A stretch of DNA of 63,223 nt, the filler included, from Octopus bimaculoides (taxonomy: Eukaryota): the NCBI RefSeq assembly GCF_001194135.2. It is 4 parts of 3 records of this genome, joined end to end, with 100 filler letters (N's around TTAATTAATTAA, not from the genome) between each part and the next. Parts side by side here need not be neighbours in the genome. Positions count along the whole stretch, not along the records: positions 1 to 25,557 come from NC_068982.1; positions 25,658 to 56,596 come from NC_068982.1; 2 more parts are not named here. One strand, 5' to 3'. Made by a program: the position numbers and the translations under genes. Numbering within the stretch: the stretch's first letter is position 1; every line of letters begins with the position of its first letter. Shown piece by piece: positions 14,131-26,463 of the stretch. The notes beneath the pieces were generated by a model. It searched no databases and was not told where the DNA came from. It was given only the letters and a program-made list of their open reading frames with translations.

Positions 14131-14989
14131 TCATGGTGATAGATAAGAAGAGTGGTGATGGTGACTTCGAAGTTTTGGTCTGTTAGCCTTCATTTGGCTG
14201 CGGTGCATTAGAGTTCACCTTGGCTTTATATAATCTCTGGTAAGTTTGTTTTTTCTGGGATAGGTTGGGGCTATTTTTGTATGGTAATTAGGTTGTAGGG
14301 TAAGTTCTGAAAGAAAGATACTATAAAAGGTTTTAATTTATTAATGTTAGAGTTGTATTATTGTTCCAAATTCAGTCATGTAAAACTTTGTAATCAGGTG
14401 TGTCTATTTAGGTGTATCAACTTCAGGTTTTGGAGTTGCTTTGAGGGTTCATTAATTCTTCAGTACTATCTTTCCATCAGAACTTACTCTACACTTCACG
14501 TATCATACAAAATAGATCCACCTGTCTCAGAAAAACAAACTTACTAGAAATTACATATATATGAAGCCTATACACATACACATGCACACAGAGGATAGAT
14601 GGTAGAATCAATAGCATTCCAAACTGCTCAGTAGCATTTCTTTCAGATCTTTATGTTCTGAGTTCCAATCTTACTGAGATCAACTTTGCCTTTTATCTCT
14701 TTAGGGTCAATAGAATAAAATACCTATCAAATACTGGGGGTTATGTGATTGACTTGTCTCCTCCAAAATTGTTGGCCTTCAACCCAGCAATGTCCCTTCA
14801 ACCCAATCAGTGTCCCTTTCAGGGTGAGTGTTATGATCTCAGTCACTTAAATGCCATGGAAACTAGGTAACCAGCCTTATGAGTTCTAAGGTTCAAGAAA
14901 AACATACACTCATATATAGATATAAATAAACAAAAATGCTAGTTCTAAAATTTCTCTAAGAGATCAACGCAGTAATTGTACTAAGAAGT

Positions 14990-15272
14990 AATGTTCATAG
15001 CCACTTCAACATGGCTGTCTGTTTGAAATGACTTTACTGCGATTTTTTTAACCCCAAGAACATCTCTAGCTGGTTAATGATGTACAGCTGCATCTGAGTT
15101 ATTGTGAGCAGGAGAGTGAACTCCTACCACCTGCAGGGGCTCACTCTCCCACTTGCAATAACTCGGATGCAGCTGTGCATCATCAACCAGCTAGAGCAGT
15201 TGTCCTTGGGGTTAAAAAATCACAGTAAAGTCCATTCAAACAGACAGCCATATTGAAGTGGTTATGAATATT
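14990..15272. repeat. About 283-bp fold-back palindrome (MITE-like)
   Basis: About 130-bp arms (14990-15119 and 15141-15272), about 21-nt loop, TA at both ends. Confidence 0.85.
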
Positions 15273-15877
15273 AAATATGAATATATTTATAAAATACATA
15301 CATATATAATATATATATATTTATAATTGGCTAGCTGATCACTTGCAACTCAGGCAAACACACAAGCCAGATATACTTCATATTCTCCAGGAAATGGGAT
15401 AGACAGAAGATTGTGAATGAATATTTAGTCTTTTTTGCTGTTAAGAATGCAAAAACAAGATGGACCCAGAGATAAAAGACAATTTCAATGAGGACAGTAC
15501 AAAAGGTGAAAGGTCCTTTAGAGAGAGTAAGTTCTGAAGAAGAATTAAGTGTGTCAAGTAGAAGGACATAGAAAACAACTTGAGATTTCTATGAGATGAC
15601 CACTTGTGCAAGAATCAAGGGACCATTTAAGGAGGAGGTGATATGATGTTGGAATAGTACTTTAGATAGAGCCATAAAAGCTAAGAGATAAACCAGGAAA
15701 GGATGAAAGACAATAAACATCTAAGATATAAGTGGACATTGGGTGGCTAGAAGAAAATCTAGATGTCAGATCCTAGTAAGAAGCAAAATGGAAAGTAGGT
15801 GATTTCTTGATGTTCTGCAATATGAGAAGTTCTGGATTGTACAGCAGCATGAATCAGTTTGTAAAAATTATGGACAT

Positions 15878-16291
15878 AGGCACAGGTGTGGCTGTGTGGT
15901 AAGAAGCTTACTTCCCAACCACATGGATGCAGATTCAGTCCCACTGTGTGGCACCTTGGGTAACTGTCTTCCACTATGGTCTTGGGCCAACCAAAGCTTA
16001 TGAGTGGATTTGGTAGACAGAAACCGAAAGAAACCCATCATATATATATATATTTATGTGTGTGTGTCTTTGTGTCTGTGTTTGTCCCACCCACCACTAT
16101 TGCTTGACAACCAATGTTGGTGTGTTTATGTCCCTGTAACTTAGTGGCTTGGCAAAAGAGACTGATAGAATAAGTACTAGACTTACAAAGAATAAGTCCT
16201 GGAGTCGATTTGTTTGACTAAAGTCCTTTAAGGTGGTGCTCCAGCATGGCTGCAGTCAAAGGACTGAAACATGTAAAAGAATAAAAGAATA
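15878..16291 (+). mobile_element. SINE family A copy (CpG-decayed)
   Basis: Colinear with 12638-13090. Confidence 0.85.
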
Positions 16292-17489
16292 TTGGCACTA
16301 AGAAGGAGGCATGAAAAAATTGCTACCATGGGTGGTTGCTGTCAAAAAAAGCAAGAGCTCAGAGAGAAATTTTACATGAATATAGACCATCAGGCTCAGC
16401 TCTGATCTCTCTTCCATTTATTAAATGCTCCTGGCTGTGACAAGGGTGTTTAAGCATCCTGCTTGTGCTAAAGTTTGTATGCTGAAAAATGTGATGGCAA
16501 AACCTAGGAACAATAGGTTTTAAAGTAAACCTAGCAGAGACAAATATTTTTGTAAGGGAACCTGATTCAATAACAATGTGGAAAGTGAGTGTACAAACGT
16601 TGCAATAAGATCTCAAGCTGGTTGACATACTAAAATTATTTCACATGTAGCAAACATGTGGTTTAAATAGAAATGACAGCATTAACAACAGAAATGTTCA
16701 TATACCCCAGAAATTCAGATACATAGGTGATAACCTAACAAACAGTAGAGACCCACAAAAAAAGGCAAAATAATCGGTAAATATTATTGCTGGCAACAAA
16801 AGTTTTCTTTCTCAGAATGAAGGTCATATGGTATGATGCTTGTGTATGAAGAGTAGTTTTGCTCTGTAGTTAAACATGGACATTCAGTGCAGAATATGGC
16901 AAAGGCTAGAAAGGAAATGAAAGCATGACCCACTGGATGTGAATTGTTTGTGCGCATGAACAAAGAAGCACAAAGGACAAGTTACAGTCATTGTTGGCTT
17001 CTCTTCCTATAAGAGTAGAAGGAAGTGGATCAAGAACATTGTCAGCATGAATATTTTTTGTATAAGGTTTGTTGAGAATTCAGATTTACTATTTACCGCA
17101 TGCTCACACGGACCCCACAGCCTTCCAACTGACTTTGGAGTACCTAATTCGTGGGATTCTTTCTACCTTTAGATTACATTACCCTGTTCATTCGTAATAC
17201 ACCATTTCTGCACCTTGATTATATATATATAAATATGTATATTATTTAAAAGAGTTCCAACTCTGTCTGTTTTTTATGTTTTATTTATATTCTTATAAAA
17301 TTAATGTGGGATATAGAATATGGAATATATAATATAATTAGTAAAATGAAATGAAGTATTGAATGTCTTATTGAATATATGAAATATTGAGTATTAAATA
17401 TAAGAGAATTAAATATATAAATATGTATATATACATGTATGCATACACATATATATATATATTCACATAAATACATATACATGTATGGA

Positions 17490-17529
<40 letters not shown>

Positions 17530-19073
17530 TACGTGTACTGACATTCACATACATAGACATATACATGCAGAAATGTATGCATAGCAATTACTATGATGCA
17601 GAAGTTTAAACTTTAAAAACTTGCAAAATTGCAGTTTGACACCCCAGATATAACATCAAGTGGAAAGCCATAGAATTGTGCTTATGTTCAATGAACAAAA
17701 GTGAAAATTCAGCCTGAGCACCTCAGGTGAATTGGAAATATTTCTCTACCTCAGGCAGTTTTAAAATTACAGTCTGAACTAATTTCTTTTTACATGCACA
17801 GTTGCAAGTACCTATTCAGAAATTTCAATATAAGCTAACAACAATTGTCACCATTGTTGCACTCTCACACTATAATATGGCACATCTATTTTCTTTCACA
17901 CATGACTGTAACTCTTTGTATGGTCTCCATGTATTTACATTTTACTCAAATGTTCACTACTCATATTTGTAGCCACCCATACATAATCAGGTGTCCACTT
18001 TTTATGTTACAGTTCTTGCCCTGCAATGAATCTTCCACAAATTTAGCTTCAGTGGTCTCATATCCTGGTGTTGAATCTGATAAATGTATGAACTGACTGT
18101 CTTGAAACTATCCAACTTTATGATTTGTAATCTTATAAATATCTTAACATACAATGCTGTAATTTGCTTTCAGTATTCCAATTTGCATTTCACATATTTT
18201 GAATGCTATAATTTCTATATTTTAACTCTGCAATTTGGACTTGTTTATTAGTTAATTCTTTTTGAGTGGTGAAACCTGTCATTACTTGATTCTTTTTAAG
18301 TGGTGAAGATTGAAGCAGATAACACTAAATATTGGGTTAAAAACACTTTTTGTACAGAAAAAGTCAAAGGCTACCTTGTCATATTTATAGAAGATGGAGG
18401 TTTGTGTCCCATGGGCAGCCTTCAACTTTTTCAATCCAAATGTTGTCTTAACTCAATATTTACATGCTGTTCTTTATAGCTTTATCTGCTTTGAGCTCCA
18501 TCATTTTAAAGCAGAATTATTTCTTGTTCTCTTGAAGTTTCTAAAAGCTCTCACAACGTCAACATCGTAATTAGTCTTTTGTATTGCAGTTCTCTAGCAC
18601 TTATGCCTTTCCCATGTTTCTATTTTAGTACATGCGTACATCTGTATACATGGGAATTCATATCCCACATTCGTTCGCATCTAAACATTTCTAACTGTCA
18701 TTTTTTGAATTTCTTTCCTTTGTTACTTTTGTATTTCTGCATTCCTGCACCTCTGTATTTAACAATTTCAGTAATTTGCAATTCTCATAATTTGCTGTCA
18801 TAAAACTATGCAAGATTGCACAATTAGGATGTCTTTATTATGGAACTTATTGTTACAGTATGCCTGTTGTTGGCATGTGTACATAACTGCATGCATTCTT
18901 CAATATGTGTGCATGCATTTATGTGTGCATGTGTGTATATGAATTATATGCATGTGTATGTGTGTGTGTGTGTAGATTGATAGATAGACTGATGGATAGA
19001 TGGAGATAAATAGATAGAGAGAGAAAAATACATTAAATCAAAATGAAGTGAAATGTGTAACTGTTGGCTTTGA

Positions 19074-19119
<46 letters not shown>

Positions 19120-19479
19120 TCATCATCATCATCGTTTAACGTCTGCTTTCCATGCTGGTATGAGTTGGATGGCTTGACAGCCTTCTGTGTCTGTTTTGGC
19201 ATATTTTTTACAGCTGGATGCCCTGCCTAACACCAACCATACAGCATAGTGGACTGAGTGCTTTTTACATGGCACAAGCACAGATGAGGTCAGTTTTGGC
19301 AACGTTTTTACAGTTGGATGCCCTTCTAAATGCCAACCAATTTACAGTGTGACTGGATGCTTTATATGTGGCATCAATGCTGGCAGGGTCACCAAGTAAC
19401 TTGCAAGAAAAAAATCCTTTGAGAGGAGAGGAGACATACATTTGGGTTTCCAAGTGTAGGCTGGAACATTATAACAATC

Positions 19480-19650
19480 TTGTCCAGGTTAATGCTGAGT
19501 CCAAATGCCTGGCAAGAAGCAGAAATATGATTCACAAGTATTTGCATATCATCCGTTGTATGAGTGACTAAGTCACAGTCATCTGCATAAAGGAGGTCAC
19601 AAATCAGAGACTGGAAAACTTTTGAATTGGCAGCAAATCGATGCAGAGGA
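19480..19650 (-). mobile_element. RTE-clade LINE RT fragment (YADD)
   Basis: Reads DLLYADDCDLVTHTTDDMQILVNHISASCQAFGLSINLDK. Confidence 0.85.
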
Positions 19651-19715
19651 CATACATACATACATACATACATACATACATACATACATAATCAATATGA
19701 ACTAGCATGAAGATC

Positions 19716-20125
19716 TCTTTTACTCTTTTATATGTTTCAGTCATTTGACTGTGGCCATGCTGGAGCACCGCCTTTAGTCAAGCAAATCGACCCCAGGACT
19801 TATTCTTTGGAAGCCTAGTACTTATTCTATCAGTCTCTTTTGCCGAACCGCTAAGTTACGGGGACGTAAACACACCACCATCGGTTGTCAAGCAATGGTG
19901 GGGGGACAAACACAGACACACAAACACATACACACACACATACATACATATACATATATACGATGGGCTTCTTTCAGTTTCCATCTACCAAATCCACTCA
20001 CAAGGCTTTGGTCGGCCCGAGGTTTTTAGTAGAAGACACTTGCCCAAGGTGCCACGCAATGGGACTGAACCCAGAACCATGTGGTTTGTAAGCAAGCTAC
20101 TTACAACACAGCCACTCCTATGCCT
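19716..20125 (-). mobile_element. SINE family A copy
   Basis: Reverse-complement homology to 12638-13090. Confidence 0.85.
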
Positions 20126-20439
20126 ATATCTGTGCATTATTAACATTTTTGGAGGTGGATATTACATTTGCATTATCAGTATCTAACATACTACTTAATA
20201 CATCGTATTTTATCACTTTTTATGCAGTTATATGCTGTTTCCTTGCCATGTGGTCATCTTCCATTCATTCCTACAAAGCCTAAGCCAGTACCATCATAAG
20301 ACATATATCTTAAGACCCCATGGATCTAGGAGTACATCACTATTCTATATATGCTGTGGTTATGTATGTAGGGTCCCTAGTGCATATTTTAAACCAAGGG
20401 TTTATGATACTATTGACCCAACTATAGCTTGAATTGTTA

Positions 20440-20790
20440 ATAGTCTGTGAGTACATATTTTCATATCTGGTTTTCTATCCAGGCCAGTAACAATTTCTCC
20501 ATTTCTTGAATAGTTCTTGCCTTGTCACTTGCTTGTTATTATCATCGATTGGATGGCATTTCAGCTTTTACCTGCGTCCATAATCTTTTCTTCTTCTGAG
20601 AATGAAAATTGTGAAAGGGGACGACAGTAGATCGAGTTTGATAACATTTGCTTTAAATTTTTTCTTCATTCGTATTAACCAATTATTTTCTAGTAGAAAG
20701 AATAAACATTCTTTTTTTGCAAAATATTTTGGTGATGGTAAACCTGTTCAAGTTAAATGAAATACACAAATATGACTACCGAAATATAGC
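20440..20790 (-). mobile_element. Tigger/pogo-like transposase N-terminal remnant
   Basis: Minus-strand translation with frameshifts gives ...EMEKLLLAWIENQI..., resembling the CENP-B/HTH region of Tigger transposases. Confidence 0.5.
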
Positions 20791-21924
20791 TGATGCCAAA
20801 AATGTTGTTTATGCTCCTATGCCTGCGTACAGCAAGCAGTAATATTTGAATTTTTCTGCCTCTTTCTTCTTGCCCGGGTCAGCTTTGCCTTTCAGGATCA
20901 ATAAAAAATGCATTAGTCCCCTTGTTGGCTGCAGGAATGCTGTTCAGATCTCAAGTAAAGAGAAACAGTGGGTGGTTAATCTATACTAGGTGATAGTTTT
21001 GACTGCTGGCAAATGGTTTAAGGTTACCTGTAAGTGATCCCTGCTTGTTGTGGCTAAATGACAAATCACTTCATTTGTAAAAGAATAAAACTGGTTTTTG
21101 CAATAGGTGCAGTCTCTCACAGAGTCAAAGCTGGAATCAGTGCAAATAGAATGAAACCTTATTGAGGAGGAACAGAGTAATGTGATGATCATGGAGCCTT
21201 CAGATAAAGCAGAAGTGATGATGTATCTCTCCATGAACTTGAAGATATGCATATTCCGAGTTAACTTTACTCTGAAGTTATTTGTTGTAAGCAGAAAAGT
21301 TTCACTGGGCAGACTGTTTGATTTCAGCATTTGACTGTGACTGCTTGGTATGATGGTGTGTGTCTTTTTATTGTAATGTGCGATACTGTCTAGGCATGAA
21401 TAGCTTACATTACAATTATGCATGTTAAAAAGATAATGATATTTATGTAGACTTGGGGAGTGTTGCCTAATTAGGAATACAAAGCTTATAAACAATGTAA
21501 ACAGACATTCAGGTTCAATGGAATATTGAACAAGATTAACTTTTATCATTTTAACTATCATTGAGGTGAGAGAATCTTCTATATACACTAATTTCTCAGT
21601 GAAACAACTTCTCAATAAAGCTTCATTATAATGGGGTGTGGTGCTATCGAAAATATTTCTGTCTGAGGATAGATTAGAGATTCTTCTGATACAGATTATG
21701 AAATTCCAAATTAGAGCAGTAGGGGCGAGCTGAATTCCTTTGAGTATATATGTTCTTCTAGTTAGGTTTACTATAGAAATATTATTTGCCTGTCCTACAA
21801 TCTAGAGTAAAATTCAAGAAATTGAGTGTTGTTAGATTGTCAGAAATGGGAAAACTGAAAACAAAATACTTTTAAGATTACAGTAAAGTTATTCTAAAAT
21901 TTATCCCTAGCTTGGTTGTGCATG

Positions 21925-21956
<32 letters not shown>

Positions 21957-22444
21957 CACACACATATGTACCTTAGTATATACAGTATGTATGTATGGAT
22001 AGATGAATGAATGAGGTTACAAGCTAGCAGTGTCATTAGCACATTGGACAAAATGTTTAGAAGTATTTCTTCCAATCTTTTATGTTCTGAGTTCAGACCA
22101 CTCCAAGGCCAACTTTACTTTTAGTGTTGAGAAAATAAGTACCAGTCAAGTACTAAGGTGGGTCAATATAATTAATTTGACCGTTCCTCTAAAAAATTGC
22201 TTGTCTGGAACCCTGCAACAGATCAGTGTCCCATTCAGAGGAAGTGCCATGATTTCAGTCATTTATACACCACAGAAACTAGGTAACCAACCTAATGAAA
22301 CCTAGGACTCAAGATATATATATATAACTTGAGTCCTACATGCTCTCTTATACACATGCATATGCACCTCTGTTTTGGGATCACCACTACTTTATTATCT
22401 CCCCTTCTTCCTAGCTCTCCTGTGTCACCCCTCTGTCTGGCATT

Positions 22445-22631
22445 CGCCATGATAGATCGCTAGACACTACACATTCTTTATTTTCTCTCCTTGTTTCTTT
22501 CTGTTTTCCTTTCTGTGGAAAAGCGTAGGCTCGAAACGTTAAAGGCTTTTTCAGTTCCCGAGCGTTAAACTAATACATCTGTTTGTTGTTTACACCACCT
22601 GTCTTCGTCTTTTGTTTTTTTTGTGAATTCT

Positions 22632-22636
<5 letters not shown>
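22445..22636 (+). repeat. PLE-type terminal repeat family copy (others at 13942-14130 on the minus strand and a partial copy at 46075-46162)
   Basis: Shared CCATGATAGATCGCT..CACTACAC ... GCGTAGGCTCGAAA ... CCCGAGCGTT ... GAATTCTCC followed by (TA)n. Confidence 0.7.
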
Positions 22637-22684
<48 letters not shown>

Positions 22685-24024
22685 CATATGCATACATACA
22701 TATGCATACACACACACACACACACACACATGTATTTTTGTGTGTGTGTGTGCGTGTCTGTGTGTGTATACCCCTGCAGTTTTATGCCAAATACTCTTGT
22801 TGCATTCAATATGGAGGATTTTTTGTGCCAAATGTTAAAAAACACAACAATAAATTAATTTGAAATATTGCTTAAAGTCTTAAATATGATTTGGTTGATA
22901 ATTGAATTTTAGTTCATTATTTAATTATGCGAAATAATTACTCATGATTTAGAGCAAGCACCGACATACTTTTAACAAACCTTTTCCATACTTTATATTG
23001 CATTAAAGAAATGATTTCATTTTACTTTTGTTTTTTCATTTTTCTTCATTTTATAATTATATCCCCTATATTTTTGTTAAATTTTTTTCTGAAACATGGC
23101 ATAAAACTGAGCATTTTCCAAGCTTCTTTTATCTTTTAATATTATTAAAGCTGTCTAGCCATGTTTGATTAATATTTATAACAATTTAAACTCCAAATTC
23201 TGCATGTATCACATTTGTATTTTCTTATAATAACCCAATATAAATTGTCAGGTTGTGTTCTATCTTCAACAATACTGCTTCTAAAACCCCACCCTCTTAA
23301 ACTTGAACATTACTAATGATATTGATTAAATACTGTCATTAAATTATTGCTTTATTTGGTAGCAGCTTTCTGCTCCCTATAACCAAGTGAGGTGTGAAGA
23401 CTGTTGCATGCATTTAATGGATTTGTTCTATTGTAAATATCCCAAACAGACCTTTAATTCCCATCCTGACTGTAGTTTCTCTACAGATGTTCTAATTGAA
23501 CATCAATTTTATCAGTCTTCCCAACCTGGGTTGTCCAACAAAGATCAGGGCAAGCAAAGGTCATGGCCCACAAAAATCATAGCCAACAAAGGTCATGGCC
23601 CATGAAGATCATGAGACACTTTCACTGGTGTTTAAATGCCATGTTGATATTATGAGTGTTTGCTCTATGCTTTCGGAGATAAATAGAATAAAGCAATCCT
23701 AGTGAAAGGAAGAGCGTCCAGTCATAAAATCTTATCCTAAATAAATTCTCATCTAAACCCATGACAGCATGGAAAACAGACATTGCAGAGGATGCAACCA
23801 AAACTGTTGTATTTATATAGCACAAAATTGCTTTTGCAATGTAAATGAAGTGAAATGATTTCAACTTGGAGTCAAAAGCGAGTCATAATTTTAAAACCAT
23901 ATTGATAACAATTTAGAGACGGATTGATATATTCATTGGCTAGCAATAATTGTAAAAGCAACTGTGTAGCAACAGGTCTGTTATAGCTCAGCAATAGCAG
24001 CAAGAGCGATTTTATCTCTATACT

Positions 24025-24436
24025 CTTTACTCTTTTACTCTTTTATTTGTTTCAGTCATTTGACTGCGACCATGCTGGAGCACCGCCTTTAGTCGAGCAA
24101 ATCGACCCCAGGACTTATTCTTTGAAAGCCTAGTACTTATTCTATTGGTCGCTTTTGCCGAACCACTAAGTTACGGTGACGTAAACACACCAGCATCGGT
24201 TGTCAAGCGATGTTGGGGGACAAACACAGACACACAAACATATACACACACACACATATATATATATATATACATATATACGACGGGCTTCTTCCAGTTT
24301 CTGTCTACCAAATCCACTCACAAGGCTTTGGTCGGCCCGAGGCTATAGTAGAAGACACTTGCCCAAGGTGCCACGCAGTGAGACTGAACCTGGAACCATG
24401 TGGTTGGTAAGCAAGCTACTTACCACACAGCCACTT
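24025..24436 (-). mobile_element. SINE family A copy
   Basis: Reverse-complement homology to 12638-13090. Partial copies also at about 770-930, 25455-25557, 35282-35512 and 46640-46700. Confidence 0.85.
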
Positions 24437-25601
24437 GTGTACATACTTATAGTGAAATGTTTTATTTTTTAACTCTTCTTTCTAGCTTGTCTTTTTTAAC
24501 TAGCACATTCTGATTTACACATTTTTACTAAACCTAGGAACAGCTGAAAGTGAATCATTAATTAGGTCTTGTTTATTGCTTTGTGAAAGTTATTCGACCC
24601 TTTATTTGCTTAATTAAATTTTATGTTTATTTCAATAATGATGTTAAATATCAACCAAAAAATAGAAGTGGCATTTTCTGCAAGTCATTTAGCTGCAATA
24701 AACTTCACATATTTCAACAGAAAGTACTTTCAAAGATGATATTCCTCAACAGAAGATAGACTAGTATATTAAACTGCTTTTAGCACTTAAGGGTAATTAA
24801 AATTTTGAGTAGATATATCTGATTTCTGTAGTAAAAGGGTTAAATGAAGCTCACACTAGTTCATATAACTTTAGCAGGATAACTATCAACTATAAAAGTT
24901 TTTTTTTTATTCATTTCATTACTTATTTCAAAGTAACTTATTGTTTTACTGTTGTTACTCTTAATTGATGTATCAACTGACCCAAATATAGTTTTATCAT
25001 TGCTTCAAAATATTATTTCCCTAATTTTCTCTGTGAAGTTCATTCAACTGTCCATCCCATAATTCTACTTCAATGAAGTGGTTATATACACTCATTCCCA
25101 ATCCCAATAAAGGGAGAATTATTTTCTTTTATCATAATATGCCATGTTAACTACAAAATATCTTATCACATTCAATAACATTAACTTACTTCATCACATT
25201 GACTAATGTACAGGAAAAATACACTTCAGTACTTATGCATTGTGCTTGTTCCTGATATAATTCTAGGAAATTTGTGAAAGGAAGAATTTTGTTGACATTT
25301 TAAATGTATATATAATATGAACTCTTACAGATCACGTCAACATCCTTGCCACCTTAGATATTCAGTATTTTTATTACATATTGTCTATGGAAGTTCTATG
25401 TGTCTGACTTATAAATGATATGATGTGTGTCTGCTATTGATATAATTTATGTCTAAGAAGCTTGCTTTCCATGCACATGGCTCCGGCTTCAGTCCCACTG
25501 CATGGTACCTTGTGAGTGGATGTGGTAGATGGAAACTGGAAGAAGCCCATCATATATNNNNNNNNNNNNNNNNNNNNNNNNNNNNNNNNNNNNNNNNNNN
25601 N

Positions 25602-25613
25602 TTAATTAATTAA
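25602..25613. other. Assembly linker TTAATTAATTAA inside an N gap (also at 56641-56652 and 62061-62072)
   Basis: The identical 12-mer, with stops in all six frames, is embedded in N runs three times; an artificial spacer. Confidence 0.95.
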
Positions 25614-25657
25614 NNNNNNNNNNNNNNNNNNNNNNNNNNNNNNNNNNNNNNNNNNNN

Positions 25658-26110
25658 CCCAAGAGGATACAGGTAATACCGAGTAAGTGCTGTATATCGA
25701 CTAATTACCGCTCATCCTTCACTTTACTTGGCCATTCTTCAAGTAAACAAGCTAAAATCCATCGCAGTATGGCATATATTCACCTCTGCTATCTATGCTA
25801 TAACACCCTTCGTTCCAACATCTATTTCCGGATTATCCCCATAAGGAGTACTTTACACGGATTTCTACTCGGATATTTACTACTGGAATGAAACTACACT
25901 TCAAGTACTGTTCTCTCTTTTTTCAGCGCATCGCACCCTTTACCACTTCATACTAAAAATATCCGCCTCTGGATATAATAATAGATTACTTTATTTTTTC
26001 TGTCTCCAACGAAGGGAAGTACTGGATCTTCCCAGAAACAGCTGTAAGACTCTATCCATAAAATACTTCTCCAACCTTACCATTGCTCTCTTTATCTTTT
26101 TATTTTGATA
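25658..26110 (+). mobile_element. Probable PLE 3' terminal (pseudo-LTR) remnant with a hammerhead-like motif
   Basis: Minimal type-I hammerhead architecture at 26002-26050. Boundaries are hidden by N gaps. Confidence 0.45.
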
Positions 26111-26463
26111 TATTTACATATATATATANNNNNNNNNNNNNNNNNNNNNNNNNNNNNNNNNNNNNNNNNNNNNNNNNNNNNNNNNNNNNNNNNNNNNNNN
26201 NNNNNNNNNNNNNNNNNNNNNNNNNNNNNNNNNNNNNNNNNNNNNNNNNNNNNNNNNNNNNNNNNNNNNNNNNNNNNNNNNNNNNNNNNNNNNNNNNNNN
26301 NNNNNNNNNNNNNNNNNNNNNNNNNNNNNNNNNNNNNNNNNNNNNNNNNNNNNNNNNNNNNNNNNNNNNNNNNNNNNNNNNNNNNNNNNNNNNNNNNNNN
26401 NNNNNNNNNNNNNNNNNNNNNNNNNNNNNNNNNNNNNNNNNNNNNNNNNNNNNNNNNNNNNNN

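Noticed and set aside
25602-25613. Recurrent TTAATTAATTAA motif as a biological signal
   Set aside because: It is always embedded in N runs and has six-frame stops, so it is an assembly spacer.
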